Translations under genes and position numbers: made by a program
In this document: piece by piece, positions 62,896 through 64,000 of the stretch
How positions within the stretch are numbered: the first letter of the stretch is position 1
How the letters are laid out: every line of letters begins with the position of its first letter
Notes under the pieces: model-generated
The model's input: only the letters and a program-made list of their open reading frames with translations
Told to the model about the DNA's origin: nothing
Database searches by the model: none
NCBI GenBank assembly: GCA_945906275.1
Contig: CAMDRA010000001.1
Location: 8,504 to 72,503 of the forward strand
Length of the DNA: 64,000 nt
Reading direction: 5' to 3'
Source: Dongia mobilis
GTDB lineage: Bacteria > Pseudomonadota > Alphaproteobacteria > Dongiales > Dongiaceae

Positions 62896-64000
62896 ATGAC
62901 CCGCATAAATCCCTTCGTGCGCATGAGCTGGATAGAAGACTATCCCTACTTGGTGCAACAGGACGTTGCCACCATTGAGGCCGAATTACGGAAGCTGTAT
63001 CCAACGCTGGTCATGTTTCCTAGATCGTATCATTTCCATGAACTGGGAGATGAGCCACGGAAACCGACGTTCATCGACAATATGGTCGAGAATTTCATGC
63101 CGAAAATTGGTCCGGGAGGCGGGTACTCTTCAGGCAGAGCCATCGCGCTCCGCGTGCCTTGGCCCGAGGACATTGCAACAGGGAACCCGCAACGTCTGAT
63201 CGGGCGGCCACATCGCCGGCCGTTCGATGATTCCAAGGACGCGTTCCGCCGCTTCGGGCGCAATGTCTATTTTGACACCCACACAAGCCATAGCGAAATG
63301 CTTCTCTGCGGCATAACGATCCAGCCGCCGGCGGAGTTGTTTGCCTCTTGCTACGACGTACCGGCAAAGGACATGCCCTCGTTCCGCTATCTTGGCGCCA
63401 TAGACGGCTTCAAGGTTGAAATGCCATACGATACGGAGGACTCGGAGGTTGTCACTTTCGTCAAGACAGTTTCGAGTCTCATCAATCGTCTCACCGTAAG
63501 AACCGCATGCCTTTACGATGGTATTACGAAGGAACCGCTGGCTACTTGTTCGCATCCGCGGATAAGCAAGAACTTCAGCCAGCGCTGTGCTGTCGAGCCA
63601 AACCTCTATCGTGGTTTCTTCGGGATTTATCGCGGGCATCCGGCCTTCTTGGGTCCTACACCGGCGCAGCGCTGGAAATGGCGGCGGGAATTTGGATTGC
63701 CTGCAGAGCCAAAGCCGGCCGCGCTCTCCGTCCCCAAGTTTTTGCCTCATGAAATGCTCAAATGGACACGCGAGAATCTCGTATCGGTGCCGAACGAGTT
63801 TCGTGTCGAGGAGAACAAGCTCGCCAATCGCGCCATGTACGACTACGTCGCAGCGCATACGCCCGGCTTCGTGATGCCGGCAGACCCTGTCATCCCAAGA
63901 ATTCTGGCTGAGACTGATATCTGGAGTGAGGTGCAAAGAAGCGCCCGCGAATCACTCCGCCGATACGCGGATATTGGTGAAGCAGCCTATGTAAGCCCCG
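62896..64000 (+). CDS. hypothetical protein, longer paralogue of 61846..62781; 3' end beyond the window
   Basis: Absent from the ORF track because it has no stop. I translated it codon by codon from ATG at 62896 (SD GGAAGGA): 368 sense codons with no stop up to position 64000. It begins MTRINPFVRMSWIEDYPYLVQQDVATIEAELRKLYPTLVMFPRSYHF.. and shares motifs with the preceding ORF. Confidence 0.7.
   Translation, partial: MTRINPFVRMSWIEDYPYLVQQDVATIEAELRKLYPTLVMFPRSYHFHELGDEPRKPTFIDNMVENFMPKIGPGGGYSSGRAIALRVPWPEDIATGNPQRLIGRPHRRPFDDSKDAFRRFGRNVYFDTHTSHSEMLLCGITIQPPAELFASCYDVPAKDMPSFRYLGAIDGFKVEMPYDTEDSEVVTFVKTVSSLINRLTVRTACLYDGITKEPLATCSHPRISKNFSQRCAVEPNLYRGFFGIYRGHPAFLGPTPAQRWKWRREFGLPAEPKPAALSVPKFLPHEMLKWTRENLVSVPNEFRVEENKLANRAMYDYVAAHTPGFVMPADPVIPRILAETDIWSEVQRSARESLRRYADIGEAAYVSP

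Noticed and set aside
59541-64000. Calling the terminal module a mobile element, or naming the large protein as a specific toxin family (e.g. a restriction-endonuclease-fold toxin with Imm-type partners).
   Set aside because: I saw no integrase, transposase, terminal repeats or secretion-system genes in the window. I cannot identify catalytic motifs by eye; ADLSF..IIDINTVDVLK is not a clean PD-(D/E)xK. It is reported only as a hypothesis in the findings.

Overview
GC-rich chromosomal segment (hand counts of sampled lines are mostly 65-78% GC). Gene content and order are typical of Alphaproteobacteria, and almost all of it is coding. Left to right:
- leuC 5' end; rplS-trmD-rimM-rpsP, a VOC gene and ffh; an alpha/beta hydrolase; an LTA-synthase-like membrane sulfatase-family gene preceded by a ~95-nt, ~20% GC block.
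- A xylose-type ABC transporter (xylF-xylH plus a single-domain ATPase) with a divergent ROK regulator.
- A tightly coupled four-gene envelope-type operon: small membrane protein, SAM methyltransferase, and two paralogous membrane alkaline-phosphatase-superfamily proteins.
- lapA-ihfB-rpsA-cmk-aroA; tRNA-Ala followed by a nadR-like gene bracketed by two copies of a 37-nt hairpin.
- An MCP; a two-hairpin ACGR motif (guanidine-II / mini-ykkC-like) upstream of sugE; an ankyrin lipoprotein; hsp20-DUF1150.
- The canonical kdsD-lptC-lptA-lptB-rpoN-hpf-ptsN block; short RNase D; tRNA-Leu; an NDUFA9-like gene; a GATase; a DUF2029-type membrane protein; uppP.
- gltD-gltB, where gltD carries one in-frame TAA.
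- Nudix, YdeN-like, NTF2-like and histidine-phosphatase genes; then a Crp-family regulator, DUF2892, a pentapeptide-repeat protein and a class III cyclase.
- sdhCDAB; a MaoC-type (mch-like) hydratase; an SDR; pdxY.

From 59.54 kb to the window edge the composition drops. Three same-strand orphan ORFs follow: a 718-aa acidic protein whose GC falls sharply in its last ~200 codons, then two divergent paralogues. One paralogue is interrupted by an in-frame TAG. The other is absent from the ORF track because it runs off the edge. This module is the best candidate for something undescribed; its layout resembles a toxin/immunity or effector/inhibitor cassette, but that is inference only.

I saw no rRNA, CRISPR array, transposase or integrase. 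All calls rest on reading the sequence and the ORF track by eye; no searches were run.
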